DNA of 64,000 bases from Candidatus Liptonbacteria bacterium (GCA_016204355.1 JACQKT010000018.1:4987-68986), one strand, 5' to 3'; numbered from the stretch's first letter, positions 18,686 through 29,259 are shown. The notes: generated from the sequence alone by a model not told the origin. A program made the numbers and translations.

Positions 18686-19043
18686 AAGACCTTATAATCG
18701 TCGTTGAGGCGCTTCCGCAGCCGCTAAGTTGGTTAAGCGAAGAATCATAGCAACTGACCGTAAAAGATGCGCCGTTTGAAAATACCGGTTGTGCCACAGT
18801 GGATGTCGGATGGATGAATTGATAAAGCCCCCAGTCTACTCCGGCATCGGCCGCGAAAATCGCTTTCGCGGAATCGGCGGAGTTCGACGACATTTTTATC
18901 TGGTAAATTATCAAAAGGCTTGCGATAGCGGTAGCTCCGAGCATTATCGCGCCCAGCGTCAAAACGCTGAGCAGCATAACCTGCCCTTTCTTGAAGGAAT
19001 TTTTCAATCTGCCGAATTGTGGCGGAAAAGTCAAATTCCTCAT
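18639..19043 (-). CDS. small membrane protein, possibly divergent pseudopilin
   Basis: 134 aa with one N-terminal hydrophobic helix after a Gly (KKGQVMLLSVLTLGAIM). Lacks the canonical Glu5. Overlaps the ligA start by about 45 nt. Confidence 0.35.
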   Translation of the reverse strand: MRNLTFPPQFGRLKNSFKKGQVMLLSVLTLGAIMLGATAIASLLIIYQIKMSSNSADSAKAIFAADAGVDWGLYQFIHPTSTVAQPVFSNGASFTVSCYDSSLNQLSGCGSASTTIIRSFGRAGGLYRVFELRL

Positions 19044-19046
19044 ATT

Positions 19047-19604
19047 TTATGTCCCTATGATTCTCGAACTTACTGTTGTTTGAAGATTTACTTTATAACT
19101 CGACGCGGACTGATCTTTAGGTCCCCCGCTTATAAGAATGGTCACCCGCGGGGGGCGGTGATCGTTGTCCCGATTGCCTGAAATTATGAACGACAGATAA
19201 CTTATCGAAACTTTGCTGCTCGTTATTGTCTGTCCGGACCCGCAACCCAAGCCGCTATTGCGGACGATGGCCGCATTTTGAAGGCAATATGTCACGTCAT
19301 TCCCGTAAGCGTCGACGAACGAAATCGTGTTTTGAGAAGAACACGACGTATTCCCCGTGCATATATCTTTTGCGGTTCTTATCTCTCTCGTGATCTGTTC
19401 TATTATCGTGCTCAGATTGTCATTAACGTATGTAAAAGACGATGCCTGGCGCTCGGTTTTTAATGCCCTTACAAAACCGCCGGTAACTATGAGCATTGCG
19501 ATCGAAAAAACTCCCAGCGCGACCATTACTTCAATCAGAGTAAATCCCCCCCATAGTTCCATGCATGGAATAAATCTTCGTTGTTTTTTGAAATCTCTTT
19601 TCAT
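19047..19604 (-). CDS. type IV pilin-like protein (prepilin-type N-terminal cleavage/methylation domain)
   Basis: GFTLIEVMVALGVFSIAMLI class III signal-peptide motif. Confidence 0.7.
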   Translation of the reverse strand: MKRDFKKQRRFIPCMELWGGFTLIEVMVALGVFSIAMLIVTGGFVRALKTERQASSFTYVNDNLSTIIEQITREIRTAKDICTGNTSCSSQNTISFVDAYGNDVTYCLQNAAIVRNSGLGCGSGQTITSSKVSISYLSFIISGNRDNDHRPPRVTILISGGPKDQSASSYKVNLQTTVSSRIIGT

Positions 19605-19608
19605 TTTC

Positions 19609-20142
19609 TTAATTTCTCCAATTCATGAAATGATCTTCCAAATTGACCTGGAAGCTTCCTCCGCCGAGCCCGGTCCATGAAACTATAGAATTGATTTTTA
19701 TCTCGTTCTGTCCGACAGGAGTCACCCTGATAATCCGCATGAAGGGTGTCTGTCCAGAACCGCCGTAGCGGTAAACATGTCTATTAGAATCATATGCCAA
19801 AAATCTGTTTCGATTTTCCCTTAAAGAATTGCTGTCATACTCGACCTCGTAATCGCCGGCCGCAAACCCGTCGTTCCAGGCGTCCCTTCGAAGAGCGTTT
19901 TCATCAAATATGTTCTTGGCAACCTCGATTCCTTCCGTTGCAAGGTACGTGGCCGTATAGCTGTCGGTGGAAGATCTGTTAAGGCTCAGCGAACGTCCGA
20001 GCAGAGAAAGCACTGCCATAAATCCGACCACCAAAAAAGAAATTGCCACGAGTGCCTCGATAATAGATTGCCCTCCTTCGGAAAAAAAGCGCTTTTTCTC
20101 TCTTTTCGAACGAACAAAAAAACTTTTTGTCGGAATTAACAT
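19609..20142 (-). CDS. pilin-like/pseudopilin protein
   Basis: GQSIIEALVAISFLVVGFMAV N-terminal motif with Glu at +5. Confidence 0.6.
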   Translation of the reverse strand: MLIPTKSFFVRSKREKKRFFSEGGQSIIEALVAISFLVVGFMAVLSLLGRSLSLNRSSTDSYTATYLATEGIEVAKNIFDENALRRDAWNDGFAAGDYEVEYDSNSLRENRNRFLAYDSNRHVYRYGGSGQTPFMRIIRVTPVGQNEIKINSIVSWTGLGGGSFQVNLEDHFMNWRN

Positions 20143-20196
20143 GGTCGAAATTATTATAATCCCGAAGAGCTTTTAAAAAAATGCCGGATAAAAATG

Positions 20197-20811
20197 TTAA
20201 AAATCTATAAGCCCCGCAGAATTAATGTTTATTGAAGCCGACAGAGAACTATCCAGTGTTCTCAGCGAAACGGCTGCCGAGCCGTTCCTTATAATGCTCC
20301 CTCCGGAACCGACCAACGTCAGGGGTTGGGGCGGGATAAAAAGAACGTCGTCTAGTCGTTGCCCTGACGAAATGACGGTTGTAAATGAAACATTGTTGTC
20401 CAATTTAAAAGTTGAAATTATGTTTTCCGAGGCAGGATTTATGGAACTTATTCCCTGGCAGTCTGTTACTCCCGCCTTGCTGTAGCTGAAAATAGAATAA
20501 CTCATTTCGGAATAGCCTATATGAACGCCGTAACCGCAAATGTTCGAGGCCGAGGAACCGACATAAGAGCCTAACGCAAGCGATTTCGCCCTGAATATGG
20601 ATTGTATAAGTTTTGTCTGTTCGGCATAAAAAGCGATTTGCTGGCGGCTGGTATGGTTGTAAGAAATCAAAATTGACGAGAAAAGCGCGGTAATGGCCAT
20701 AACCACCAAAAGTTCGATGATTGTGTAACCTTCACTGCCGCACTTCTTAATTCTTTTCATTATGCGTGTGTAGTTTAATTTTATCACCTTGTCGCCATTA
20801 AAACCACGCAT
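20197..20811 (-). CDS. pilin-like/pseudopilin protein
   Basis: GYTIIELLVVMAITALFSSIL prepilin N-terminus. Confidence 0.65.
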   Translation of the reverse strand: MRGFNGDKVIKLNYTRIMKRIKKCGSEGYTIIELLVVMAITALFSSILISYNHTSRQQIAFYAEQTKLIQSIFRAKSLALGSYVGSSASNICGYGVHIGYSEMSYSIFSYSKAGVTDCQGISSINPASENIISTFKLDNNVSFTTVISSGQRLDDVLFIPPQPLTLVGSGGSIIRNGSAAVSLRTLDSSLSASININSAGLIDF

Positions 20812-20888
20812 TCGGACGTTTTACTTCAAAACCTGTCCTGTTTTCTATCCTGACCAATAGCGATATTTTGCCGACCGTTGCGGAATTT

Positions 20889-21743
20889 TTATTGCGACGG
20901 TAAAAAACTCAAGTAAAAATCGATGATTTCGTAACCGAAGAAAAAAACCGCGGCAGCAGAAAGCGCAATAAAAGGCCCGAAGGCAATTTGGCTTTTGAGT
21001 TTTTCCTTTTTAAGCGCTATCGCAATAATCCCGAAAATCGAACCGGTGATGAATGCGAGCATCATTACAAGAAGAATATCTGGCCAGCCGAAAATAAAAC
21101 CAATCGCCGCTACGAGTTTCAGGTCGCCGCCGCCCATGCCGCGGCCTTTTGTGACCGCTATCAAAAAAGCGAAGAAAATGGCGGCTACGGCAGCCGCAGC
21201 AATATGATTTATCCATACATTGGAGCGCAAACCCAGAAAAGAACCGTAATGCCCGAGAAAAGATCCTGTTAGCGCATCGAGCGGCTGGATTGCGGTTATA
21301 AGAAATCCCAAAAAAACAAGGGTTATACTCAGCTCATCGGGAATTATCTTCAGGCGAAAATCTATCAAAAGAACGAGAAGGAGTATCGAAAAAATGGCTA
21401 TCCATATGGCCGATAATAAATAAAAATTCTGATTGGTAAAGTAATAATACGAATACTCTATTTTCCTCGCGATAAAAACGAAAAGCAGCCCGCTCGTCAA
21501 TTCCGTAAATAAGTAATGCCATCCGATCCAGCGCCCGCACGAAAGGCATCTGCCTCTTTGAAAGAGGAAACTCAATACCGGAATCAGTTCGAACCAGCGC
21601 AGCTTCTTTCCGCATGTTTCGCATCGCGATCGTCCTCCGACGATGCTTTTGTCCAAAATAAAAACACCTTCCCTGTAACGGTCTCCGATCACGCCCAAAA
21701 AGCTGCCTATCCCAGCGCCCAAAAAAAATAGAAGCAAATTCAT
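20889..21743 (-). CDS. pilD: prepilin peptidase (A24 family)
   Basis: N-terminal CxxC...CxxC zinc motif followed by a polytopic A24 peptidase body with conserved Asp regions. Confidence 0.8.
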   Translation of the reverse strand: MNLLLFFLGAGIGSFLGVIGDRYREGVFILDKSIVGGRSRCETCGKKLRWFELIPVLSFLFQRGRCLSCGRWIGWHYLFTELTSGLLFVFIARKIEYSYYYFTNQNFYLLSAIWIAIFSILLLVLLIDFRLKIIPDELSITLVFLGFLITAIQPLDALTGSFLGHYGSFLGLRSNVWINHIAAAAVAAIFFAFLIAVTKGRGMGGGDLKLVAAIGFIFGWPDILLVMMLAFITGSIFGIIAIALKKEKLKSQIAFGPFIALSAAAVFFFGYEIIDFYLSFLPSQ

Positions 21744-21801
21744 GTTTGATCAAAATTCGGACAATACAACAAAAGCCCGGATGTTACCGGGCTGGAGTCT
21801 A

Positions 21802-22266
21802 TCAGAATTTTATGCAGTAATTGGCACCCGTACAGGTAACTCCGTACTCACTTGTTTTGTAGCTGTTTTGAAGCGCGGGGTTGTTCTGATCCTCAAGTGT
21901 TGCTCCTATCACATAACTGGTTCCGTTGCCGTCAGTTCCGTAGTAATACGTCGCTCCGCCGCTGAGATCATTTGGAATTTGACTGACTCCGATATTGCTG
22001 CCCGTAAGCGCAGCTTGCACTCCACTCCAGGTGTTTACCGAGGCACGGGCGCCACAGGGGTAAGTTGCCTGCGCGGTTCCCGGGTAATATCCGCATTTCG
22101 AATAATAAAGTTCAAGGGCGTTCTGACTTTGCCGGAGATCCGATATTCTTCTCGCGTCTCTTCCCTGACGCTGGGCGGGACCGAAACCTATCAGCACTAT
22201 GCTCGCCAAAACGGCTATTATCGCAACCACTATCAAAATTTCTATAAGCGTAAAACCTTTTTTCAT
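21802..22266 (-). CDS. pilA: major type IV pilin
   Basis: MKKGFTLIEILIVVAIIAVLASIV canonical prepilin leader and N-terminal helix, 154 aa. Confidence 0.8.
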   Translation of the reverse strand: MKKGFTLIEILIVVAIIAVLASIVLIGFGPAQRQGRDARRISDLRQSQNALELYYSKCGYYPGTAQATYPCGARASVNTWSGVQAALTGSNIGVSQIPNDLSGGATYYYGTDGNGTSYVIGATLEDQNNPALQNSYKTSEYGVTCTGANYCIKF

Positions 22267-22316
22267 AGCTTTATTTTAACATATTGATATCCGACCCATA
22301 TGTGGATAACGCGAAT

Positions 22317-23543
22317 TTAGTGAATTGTCCCGACAAGCTGGTAAAGCGGCAGAAGAACCGAAGCAAAAAGTATCCCTATCACGATTCCTATCCCTATAAT
22401 CAAGACCGGCTGTATCAACTCGACTATGTTACCTATGGCCGCATCTGCTTCCCGGCCGTAGAATGCCGATATGCGCGAAAAAGTTGACTCCAGCTGCCCC
22501 GCTTCTTCTCCCACGGCGATCATTTGCGTAACAAGCGACGGAAAATATTGTGGATATTTTGAAGCGGATGCCGAAATCGTTTGCCCCTGGCGCACGTCTT
22601 CGGCAATTTGATGCATTATTTCGCGATAAACGACATTGTCGGCCGTTTCGCCGATTATCTCCATAGATTGGACGACTGGCACGCCTCCTTTCAAAAGCAT
22701 GGATGCCGAATTCGATATACGGGTGATCGTCAACGGGAGATAAATTTTATTCAATATCGGGAGAGAAATCTTGAATTCGTCCTTAACGGCTTTTCCTTCC
22801 GGGGTCCGAAAATAATCGACGATCATCAGGGCGATTCCGAAAAGCGCAAAAAGGATAACTGGCCACCACTGATTGAGAAACGCGCTTACCGCCACTATTA
22901 TCAATGTGAACAGAGGAAGTTCAACGCCCGCTTCCGAGAATATCGGCCCGACTTGTGGAACGACGAATGTCGCCAATATGAACGAAACGACGAAAAATAG
23001 AATTATCAAAATGGCCGGATAAATAAGCGCGGACTGCGCTTTCTGCTCGAGAGAATATTCGCGTTCAAGATAGTCGGCCAAAAATCCCATGACATTTTCA
23101 AGATTGCCCGTTAATTCGGCTGACCTGACCATGCTCGTAAAAAATCCAGAAAAGATTTCCGGCTGCCTTTCCAGCGCCTGCGAAAACGACAAGCCGGCAT
23201 CGATGTTTTCGGAAATTTGGAGCACTGCCTCTTTTAGCATCGGGCTGGTCGTCTGTTTATGCAAAGTTTTCAGGCTTATATTAAGAGGAACGCGCGCTTC
23301 AAGAAGTATGGCGAGTTGGCGAGTGAATATGACAAAATCCTTTTTGTGCAGGCGATTAGAAAAATAATCGCTCAATTTTTCATACCATCTGGATTTCTCC
23401 GCTTCCTCCAGGCTGAGAATGAAAAGGTTGTGTTCCGCCAAAATGCTAGTCGCCGCTTCTTTGCTTGCGGCTTCAACCACTCCGATTTGGTTTTCTCCTT
23501 CTTTAGTTTTAGCCTGATATTTGAATTTCATATGCTTACGCAC
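22317..23543 (-). CDS. pilC: type IV pilus platform protein (GspF/PilC family)
   Basis: Two T2SS-F repeats with three TM segments, 408 aa. GTG start. Confidence 0.85.
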   Translation of the reverse strand: MRKHMKFKYQAKTKEGENQIGVVEAASKEAATSILAEHNLFILSLEEAEKSRWYEKLSDYFSNRLHKKDFVIFTRQLAILLEARVPLNISLKTLHKQTTSPMLKEAVLQISENIDAGLSFSQALERQPEIFSGFFTSMVRSAELTGNLENVMGFLADYLEREYSLEQKAQSALIYPAILIILFFVVSFILATFVVPQVGPIFSEAGVELPLFTLIIVAVSAFLNQWWPVILFALFGIALMIVDYFRTPEGKAVKDEFKISLPILNKIYLPLTITRISNSASMLLKGGVPVVQSMEIIGETADNVVYREIMHQIAEDVRQGQTISASASKYPQYFPSLVTQMIAVGEEAGQLESTFSRISAFYGREADAAIGNIVELIQPVLIIGIGIVIGILFASVLLPLYQLVGTIH

Positions 23544-23646
23544 ATAATGCGAATGACACTAATTTTGTGCGAATGTTGCAAATACCGCGAATGCATTTCT
23601 TGGTTTTTTGCATTATTCGCATACATTCGTAGGTTGGCATTATGTC
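23537..23646. repeat. palindromic GCGAAT-family element spanning the pilT-stop to pilC-start gap
   Basis: AATGCGAATG, GTGCGAATG, CCGCGAATG direct iterations followed by inverted CATTATTCGCAT, CATTCGTAG, GCATTATG. Ends resemble CATAATGC inverted. Confidence 0.55.
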
Positions 23647-24723
23647 TCACTGCATCCTCTCCAAAAGAATTCTCAATTCCGCAGGATTCGGCGAATAAAG
23701 CTCGGCATTTTCGAGCGATACTTCTTTGTTTTTTACTAACCCGGCCAGCGAGCGGTTCAACGTAACCATTCCTTCCTGCAGGCTTGTCTCTATGACCAAA
23801 TCTATCTGATATATCTTTTTTTCGCGTATAAGATTCCGTATTGCCGGATTGACGATCATTACTTCAAGAACAGGAACGCGTCCGCCGGAAAGACGCGGAA
23901 GAAGTCTTTCGGAAACTATCGCAACGAGAGTCGAAGCGAGCTGGGAGATCACCTGCCCCTGCTGTTCCGAAGCGAAAGAATCTATTATTCTGTCGACGGT
24001 TTGAGAAGCGGAATTCGTGTGGAGCGTCGAGAAAACAAGATGCCCGGTTTCTGCCGCCGTCATTGCGGTGGAGATGGAAACGGAATCGCGCATTTCCCCT
24101 ATCATGATAACGTCGGGGTCCTGGCGGAGCACCGTTCTGAGACCGGCGTGGAAACTTGGTGTATCGCTGCCGACTTCTCTTTGTGAAACTATGCACCTGT
24201 CCTGAACGAAAATATATTCTATGGGGTCTTCAATTGTTACGATGTGATCGGTTCTGTCGTGGTTTATTTCATCGAGCATCGCCGCGAGCGTCGTCGATTT
24301 TCCGTGTCCCGCTGGCCCGACAACAAGAATGAATCCCTGGGATAATTTGGTGAAGTCATGCAATATCGGCAAAAGTCCAAGTTCTTCTATTGTTCTTATC
24401 CTTGAAGGTATGAGACGGAGCGACGCAGCCATATATCCGCGTTGGAAGTAAACGTTGACCCTGAACCTCGCTTTATCTTCGAAATTGTAAGCGAAATCGA
24501 GTTGGCGCTTTTCCAAAAAAGTTTTTTTCTGTTCCGGAGTAAGCAGGGTCGAAATAAGCTGGTCGATTGTTTCCGGCGTCAGCTGCGGTTCTTTTTGTAT
24601 CGGAATCAAAACTCCGTCGACTCTCAGCGTGGGCCTGCGCCCGACCGACATATGCAAATCCGAAGCGTTCTGCCGCGCCGCGGTCAGCATGATTTCTTTC
24701 ATTTGTTCCTGCGGAGTTGCCAT
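23647..24723 (-). CDS. pilT: twitching motility (retraction) ATPase
   Basis: 358 aa with Walker A GPAGHGKSTTLAAM and PilT-type Asp/His boxes. Confidence 0.85.
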   Translation of the reverse strand: MATPQEQMKEIMLTAARQNASDLHMSVGRRPTLRVDGVLIPIQKEPQLTPETIDQLISTLLTPEQKKTFLEKRQLDFAYNFEDKARFRVNVYFQRGYMAASLRLIPSRIRTIEELGLLPILHDFTKLSQGFILVVGPAGHGKSTTLAAMLDEINHDRTDHIVTIEDPIEYIFVQDRCIVSQREVGSDTPSFHAGLRTVLRQDPDVIMIGEMRDSVSISTAMTAAETGHLVFSTLHTNSASQTVDRIIDSFASEQQGQVISQLASTLVAIVSERLLPRLSGGRVPVLEVMIVNPAIRNLIREKKIYQIDLVIETSLQEGMVTLNRSLAGLVKNKEVSLENAELYSPNPAELRILLERMQ

Positions 24724-24800
24724 GTTCTTATTAAATTTATGATTTAAGAATTAGGATTTAAGAAATTAACTTAATGACATCATGATTCTTATCCAGTATA

Positions 24801-26528
24801 TCACGATTCCTGTGTTTCCCCAATAACTTCTTCGATGCTTATCAATCCCGAAAGCGCTTTTAAAATCCCATCCTGGCGCAAAGTTGCCATCCCTTGACGC
24901 CTCGCTTCACCGTAAATCCTTTGCGCAGTCGGTCCGGAGTTTACTATGCCCTCGAGTTCTTTAGACATCTTCAAAATCTCGAATATCGCTATTCTTCCGA
25001 CTATTCCTCTCCCTTGGCATTTGGCACAGCCCTGACTTTTATATATTTTGTATGGTTCGGAATAATCCGCTCCCATTTTCGGAGGCAGGCCGGAAAGTTC
25101 CTTCTTTATTATTTTTTGGATTTCCGCAGGGGCAGTTTCTGGTTTCTCGCAATCCTGGCAAAGTTTCCCGACCAGACGCTGGGATACCATAAGATTCAGA
25201 GCGGAAGGGAGCAGAAAGGGTTCCACTTTCATGTCGATGAGGCGCGGTATCACTCCCACCGCGTCATTTGTGTGGAGCGTAGAAAGAACTATGTGTCCGG
25301 TAAGAGCGGCATGAACGGCCAAGCCGGCTGTTTCGTTGTCTCTTATTTCTCCGACCATTATGATGTCGGGGTCCTGGCGCAAAATTTCGCGCAATCCCGA
25401 GGCGAAATCATAACCTATCTCCGGCCGCACCTGAGACTGATTCAGCCCCGGAATAAAATACTCGACGGGGTCCTCGAGGCTGAGTATATTGACGTTTTCT
25501 TTGTTCAGACCTTGTAGGAGCGCGTAAAGCGTGGTTGTTTTTCCGGACCCGGTCGGCCCTGTGAGCAATATCATCCCGAACGGCTTCAATAAAGCTTCTT
25601 TAACAATCTCAAGATTATTTCCTTCAAGCCCGAGCTGATCGAAGCTTTTAAGGCCGACTGAGGGATCCAGAACGCGTATGGCAACTTTTTCCCCCATCGG
25701 GGTCGGGAAAGTGGAAACCCTGAAGTCTATTTCCCTGTCGAATACCCGGGTTCTGAAACGCCCGTCCTGCGGCACTCTTGTTTCGTCGATTTTAAGGTTG
25801 GACATGACCTTAACGCGCGAAACAACGGCCTGCGAAAGTTCCGCCGGCAGACTTATTTCTTCTTTAAGGCGTCCGTCTATTCTGAACCTCACCCTCAAAT
25901 AATTTTCCAAGGGTTCTATATGAACGTCCGAAGCTCCTCTTTGAACCGCCTCGCTGAAAGTTTTCGCGACTATTTTTATTATCGGCGCATCATCGGAATT
26001 GCTTGAAACGGCTTCATCCAATCTTACCAGCGGCCTGCCGGCAGATTCGCTTTTCAGATTCAGAGAACGCACCGCAGCCTCGACTTCGCTCTTGTATGGA
26101 GAATACTTTTTAAGGACATTCTGCCAATCAGAATAGGAAATTAGATATACTCCCAGGTTCAGCCGGAGCCTGCGAGCTATGAACTTTAAAGCTTCCTGGG
26201 CTTTCGGGTCGTCTGGGTGAATCATTCCGACGACCAAAAGATTGTCGTTCTTGGAAATCGGCACGGCTCCGTAAGTTCTTACGGTCTCTTCGGGAATGGT
26301 TCCCAAAACGTTTTCATCCAACTTGGAAACGTCTACTTTTTGATACGGTATTTTGAGGATTTCGCTTTTTATATTCGCTACAGCCGTATCATCAAGAAGC
26401 CGCTGCGAATAAATAAGGTCTTCGACAGAACGCCCGGAAAGAAGCGACTCCCTTTTGAGCTTATTGGATGTTTCTTCGTTTATCAGCCCCTGTTTTTGGA
26501 TTTCTCCCAAAAGTTGTTCTGTAGTCAT
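24801..26528 (-). CDS. pilB: type IV pilus assembly ATPase (GspE/PilB family)
   Basis: N-terminal GSPII domains, Walker A GPTGSGKTTTLYA and a C-terminal tetracysteine motif (CQDCEKPE...CAKCQGRG). Confidence 0.85.
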   Translation of the reverse strand: MTTEQLLGEIQKQGLINEETSNKLKRESLLSGRSVEDLIYSQRLLDDTAVANIKSEILKIPYQKVDVSKLDENVLGTIPEETVRTYGAVPISKNDNLLVVGMIHPDDPKAQEALKFIARRLRLNLGVYLISYSDWQNVLKKYSPYKSEVEAAVRSLNLKSESAGRPLVRLDEAVSSNSDDAPIIKIVAKTFSEAVQRGASDVHIEPLENYLRVRFRIDGRLKEEISLPAELSQAVVSRVKVMSNLKIDETRVPQDGRFRTRVFDREIDFRVSTFPTPMGEKVAIRVLDPSVGLKSFDQLGLEGNNLEIVKEALLKPFGMILLTGPTGSGKTTTLYALLQGLNKENVNILSLEDPVEYFIPGLNQSQVRPEIGYDFASGLREILRQDPDIIMVGEIRDNETAGLAVHAALTGHIVLSTLHTNDAVGVIPRLIDMKVEPFLLPSALNLMVSQRLVGKLCQDCEKPETAPAEIQKIIKKELSGLPPKMGADYSEPYKIYKSQGCAKCQGRGIVGRIAIFEILKMSKELEGIVNSGPTAQRIYGEARRQGMATLRQDGILKALSGLISIEEVIGETQES

Positions 26529-26616
26529 GCCAATTTTTGGTGTGGGTTTGGTTTTGGGCGCCTGTCTTTTTTATTTCTGCTTTAACCGGCGTCCACACCT
26601 AAACCCAAAATCAAAT

Positions 26617-26907
26617 TTAGAATCCCAGAAACGGATTCGTCCTGCCAATATTCTTCGGCTCCGGAGCATCAATGTATTTTTCCAAAGATTGGAATACGGA
26701 ATCGTTGATGAGCTTGTCCGAGTTTATGCTTATTTTCGCCAGTTCCTGGATATTGTTCAAAGAAGGCGATGCCGTAAATTCAACTAGTTCCGGCTTTTTG
26801 AAAAAAATATAATAAACGCTTGTCGTAATTATGCCCAGCGTGATTATCCAGATCAAAAGGCTCGCCAATATACCGCTATCTCTTTTTTCTTCGATTATTA
26901 TTGCCAT
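26617..26907 (-). CDS. small T4P-associated membrane protein (C-terminal GRTNPF motif)
   Basis: 96 aa, one TM, ends in ...IGRTNPFLGF, resembling C-termini of small pilus-assembly components. Position within the pil operon. Confidence 0.4.
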   Translation of the reverse strand: MAIIIEEKRDSGILASLLIWIITLGIITTSVYYIFFKKPELVEFTASPSLNNIQELAKISINSDKLINDSVFQSLEKYIDAPEPKNIGRTNPFLGF

Positions 26908-26909
26908 GT

Positions 26910-27521
26910 TTATTGCGTCTGATAATAGGTTGTGACCGTTAAATTGTACAGGTAAACATCTTGGTTTGATTTTCCTGTAGGCTGAAGATCTATTCTTTTG
27001 ACATCGAATATCCTGACATTTGTTTCGAGATTTTTCATGAAAGATTTAAAATCGCCGTAAGAGCCGGCCATTTTTACCTGTAAATCGATAGATGCGAACG
27101 GCTTTGCCGTCGTTTGGCTGGAAAGATTACCGCCGCCGGTGGATGATATCTGGTTCACCGGCGCATTTACGGTGATGCCCTGCAATAAAAGCTTATTTAC
27201 CTGTATGAGACCGCTTATCTGCGAAAAAGCTCCGGCGAGATCGGGAGAAACGGGAAGAATGGATGAAACAAGATTTTGCAATTCCCCTTCTCCTTTGTAT
27301 GAATTTATCAGGCCCTGAACCTGCGTGATAGCGGCCTTTTGCCCGTCGACGAATTCCTGCCTGCCTATCATTTCCGCCTTGATGTGCTGATTTTCGTCGT
27401 TGGCAGGCAATATCAGATTGAAATAAATAACCATCGCGGATGCGAAAAGAATGAATGACACTATGAGACTCAAGAATCTTTTTGCGGTTTGCTTCATTTT
27501 AAAATTATTGTTGGGAGACAA
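26910..27521 (-). CDS. pilO: PilO-like pilus assembly protein
   Basis: N-terminal TM plus coiled coil plus periplasmic domain. Follows the pilN-like gene with a 4-codon overlap. Confidence 0.45.
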   Translation of the reverse strand: MSPNNNFKMKQTAKRFLSLIVSFILFASAMVIYFNLILPANDENQHIKAEMIGRQEFVDGQKAAITQVQGLINSYKGEGELQNLVSSILPVSPDLAGAFSQISGLIQVNKLLLQGITVNAPVNQISSTGGGNLSSQTTAKPFASIDLQVKMAGSYGDFKSFMKNLETNVRIFDVKRIDLQPTGKSNQDVYLYNLTVTTYYQTQ

Positions 27522-28068
27522 TTTTATTAAGCGTACCCTCTCTCAATGTTAGGGTAACATCGAATTCCCATAAATTGCCGCTCGAAATCGTAAAACTGTT
27601 TATTGCCACTTTTTCTATAAGCGGATCATTTTGAAAAACTGAGAGCTGGGCCGCGAAATCATCCGCCGTTCTTGAAAACCCCCTGAGACTGATTTCGTTC
27701 GTTAAAGACAAAAGAACGAATTTCGAGTAATAAACGCTGGCTTCGGTGTTCTTTTCGAGCCAATCAAAAACCTGCGACGAAATAATATGTTCCGAAAGAA
27801 TATTCTGAAGATTGGCTATTTGTGAGTAAAACGAAATAAGTTTTTGCTGATCCTCAGGCGGAACCTGCTGAGCAAAAGTTTGAATTTGCTTGTCCAAGTC
27901 CGCAACCCGGCTTTCAAGATAAGGTTCATACCCATAAATAAGCCCGACATAAACGGCGACGCTCAGAAAAAAAACTGTTCCACTGAACATCATTAGCCGC
28001 CCCGACCACCCCGAGGTTTGAACTCTTTTTTCGCTGAGCCTATCGACTAATTGTTCAGGAAGCGCCAT
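27505..28068 (-). CDS. pilN: PilN-like pilus assembly protein
   Basis: Short cytoplasmic N-terminus, single TM, periplasmic coiled coil. Immediately downstream of pilM, as in canonical pilMNO. Confidence 0.45.
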   Translation of the reverse strand: MALPEQLVDRLSEKRVQTSGWSGRLMMFSGTVFFLSVAVYVGLIYGYEPYLESRVADLDKQIQTFAQQVPPEDQQKLISFYSQIANLQNILSEHIISSQVFDWLEKNTEASVYYSKFVLLSLTNEISLRGFSRTADDFAAQLSVFQNDPLIEKVAINSFTISSGNLWEFDVTLTLREGTLNKIVSQQ

Positions 28069-28108
28069 TTTGATTTTTAAAAGACTGGGCCCTTGATAAT
28101 CGGCGTCT

Positions 28109-29215
28109 TTATGTAAATTCTCTCAGAGCGAGCCCCAAAGATACGCTCAAAAAAGAATTCAATTCTTTGGCGAGCGGCTCTACTGCCGCGGGGTACTCGA
28201 ATTTGGAAAGAGGAGCCGCCTTTACCGTCGGTATTCCGAGACTGGATTCGAAATATTTCTCCAATCCAGCCAAATTCGCGCCGCCGCCACTAACCACTGC
28301 GCGTTCTATCTTTTTCGAATTCGGAACTTGGCTTTTGTAATTCGCTTCCACCCTCTTTACCTCACTAATTATAGCATCCAAAAAAGGCATCATTATTGTG
28401 GATAACTCGTAATTCGGTCCCGTTCCTCCTACGCCTCTCTCTCTTTTAAGCTCTTCGGCGCGAAGCGGATTTATATTGAGGCCCGAAGAGACTGCCTGGG
28501 TTATCGAAGCACCCCCGAAATCGCTCTGACCGGAAAAACGTATTGTTCCACCTTCTGTTATGACTATCGCCGTGGAACGGCTTCCGATGTCTATTATAAA
28601 AGTAGGCGTTGGGTCGTTTCCGACAAGCGCCCTGAGCAAACTCAGGCTTTCTATTTCGAGAGCAGCCAAACGAAGTCCGGCCTCGCTGAAAATGCGCTGA
28701 TATTTTTTTACCTGTTCTTGAGGAACGGATATCAAAAGAATCTGCTGAAGAAGAAATCCTTTTTCGTCGCGGTACTCGCCGACTTTCATCCAATCTATGA
28801 CAACTTCGGGAACTGGCATCGGTATGTACTGTTTGATGCCGAAAGAAATCGCTTTCTCGAGATCTTTTTTCGACATCTCGGGAAAAGTCAAAATGGTGGT
28901 AAAAGCAGAAAATACCGGAAGAGAAGCAAGTGCTTCCGTCGTCATCGGCTTCATTTGCTCGACGGCAACCTTCAAAAGTCTCGCAACTTCGTTTTCGAAA
29001 AGTTTGAGGCTGCTTGTCTGAATGGCGGTATTGGCGCGGAGCAAGGACCCCTTGTCTTCCAATATGCAATAATTCATGAGTTGCGGAAGGTTTTCTCCCT
29101 GGCCAACTTCGGCTATTTTTATCGAAGTCGTTCCTATATCCACGCCGAGGTAAACGGGGGCTATTTTTTGTTTTATCGAACCGAGCAAATTTATGGATTT
29201 GAAGATGTCGTCCAT
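28109..29215 (-). CDS. pilM: type IV pilus assembly protein PilM (actin-like ATPase fold)
   Basis: VYLGVDIGTTSIKIAEV phosphate-1 motif of the FtsA/PilM family, 368 aa. Confidence 0.75.
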   Translation of the reverse strand: MDDIFKSINLLGSIKQKIAPVYLGVDIGTTSIKIAEVGQGENLPQLMNYCILEDKGSLLRANTAIQTSSLKLFENEVARLLKVAVEQMKPMTTEALASLPVFSAFTTILTFPEMSKKDLEKAISFGIKQYIPMPVPEVVIDWMKVGEYRDEKGFLLQQILLISVPQEQVKKYQRIFSEAGLRLAALEIESLSLLRALVGNDPTPTFIIDIGSRSTAIVITEGGTIRFSGQSDFGGASITQAVSSGLNINPLRAEELKRERGVGGTGPNYELSTIMMPFLDAIISEVKRVEANYKSQVPNSKKIERAVVSGGGANLAGLEKYFESSLGIPTVKAAPLSKFEYPAAVEPLAKELNSFLSVSLGLALREFT

Positions 29216-29259
29216 CGTTATTAACAGTTATTATTATAGCATGAGTTTAAACGCCGAAT

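Noticed and set aside
26529-26616. Crossed inverted segments (GGTGTGGG..TTTTGGG versus CCACACC..AAACCCAAAA) upstream of pilB suggesting a pseudoknot
   Set aside because: The segments are G/T- and C/A-rich low-complexity runs. Complementarity is short and could be fortuitous. No supporting covariation is available.
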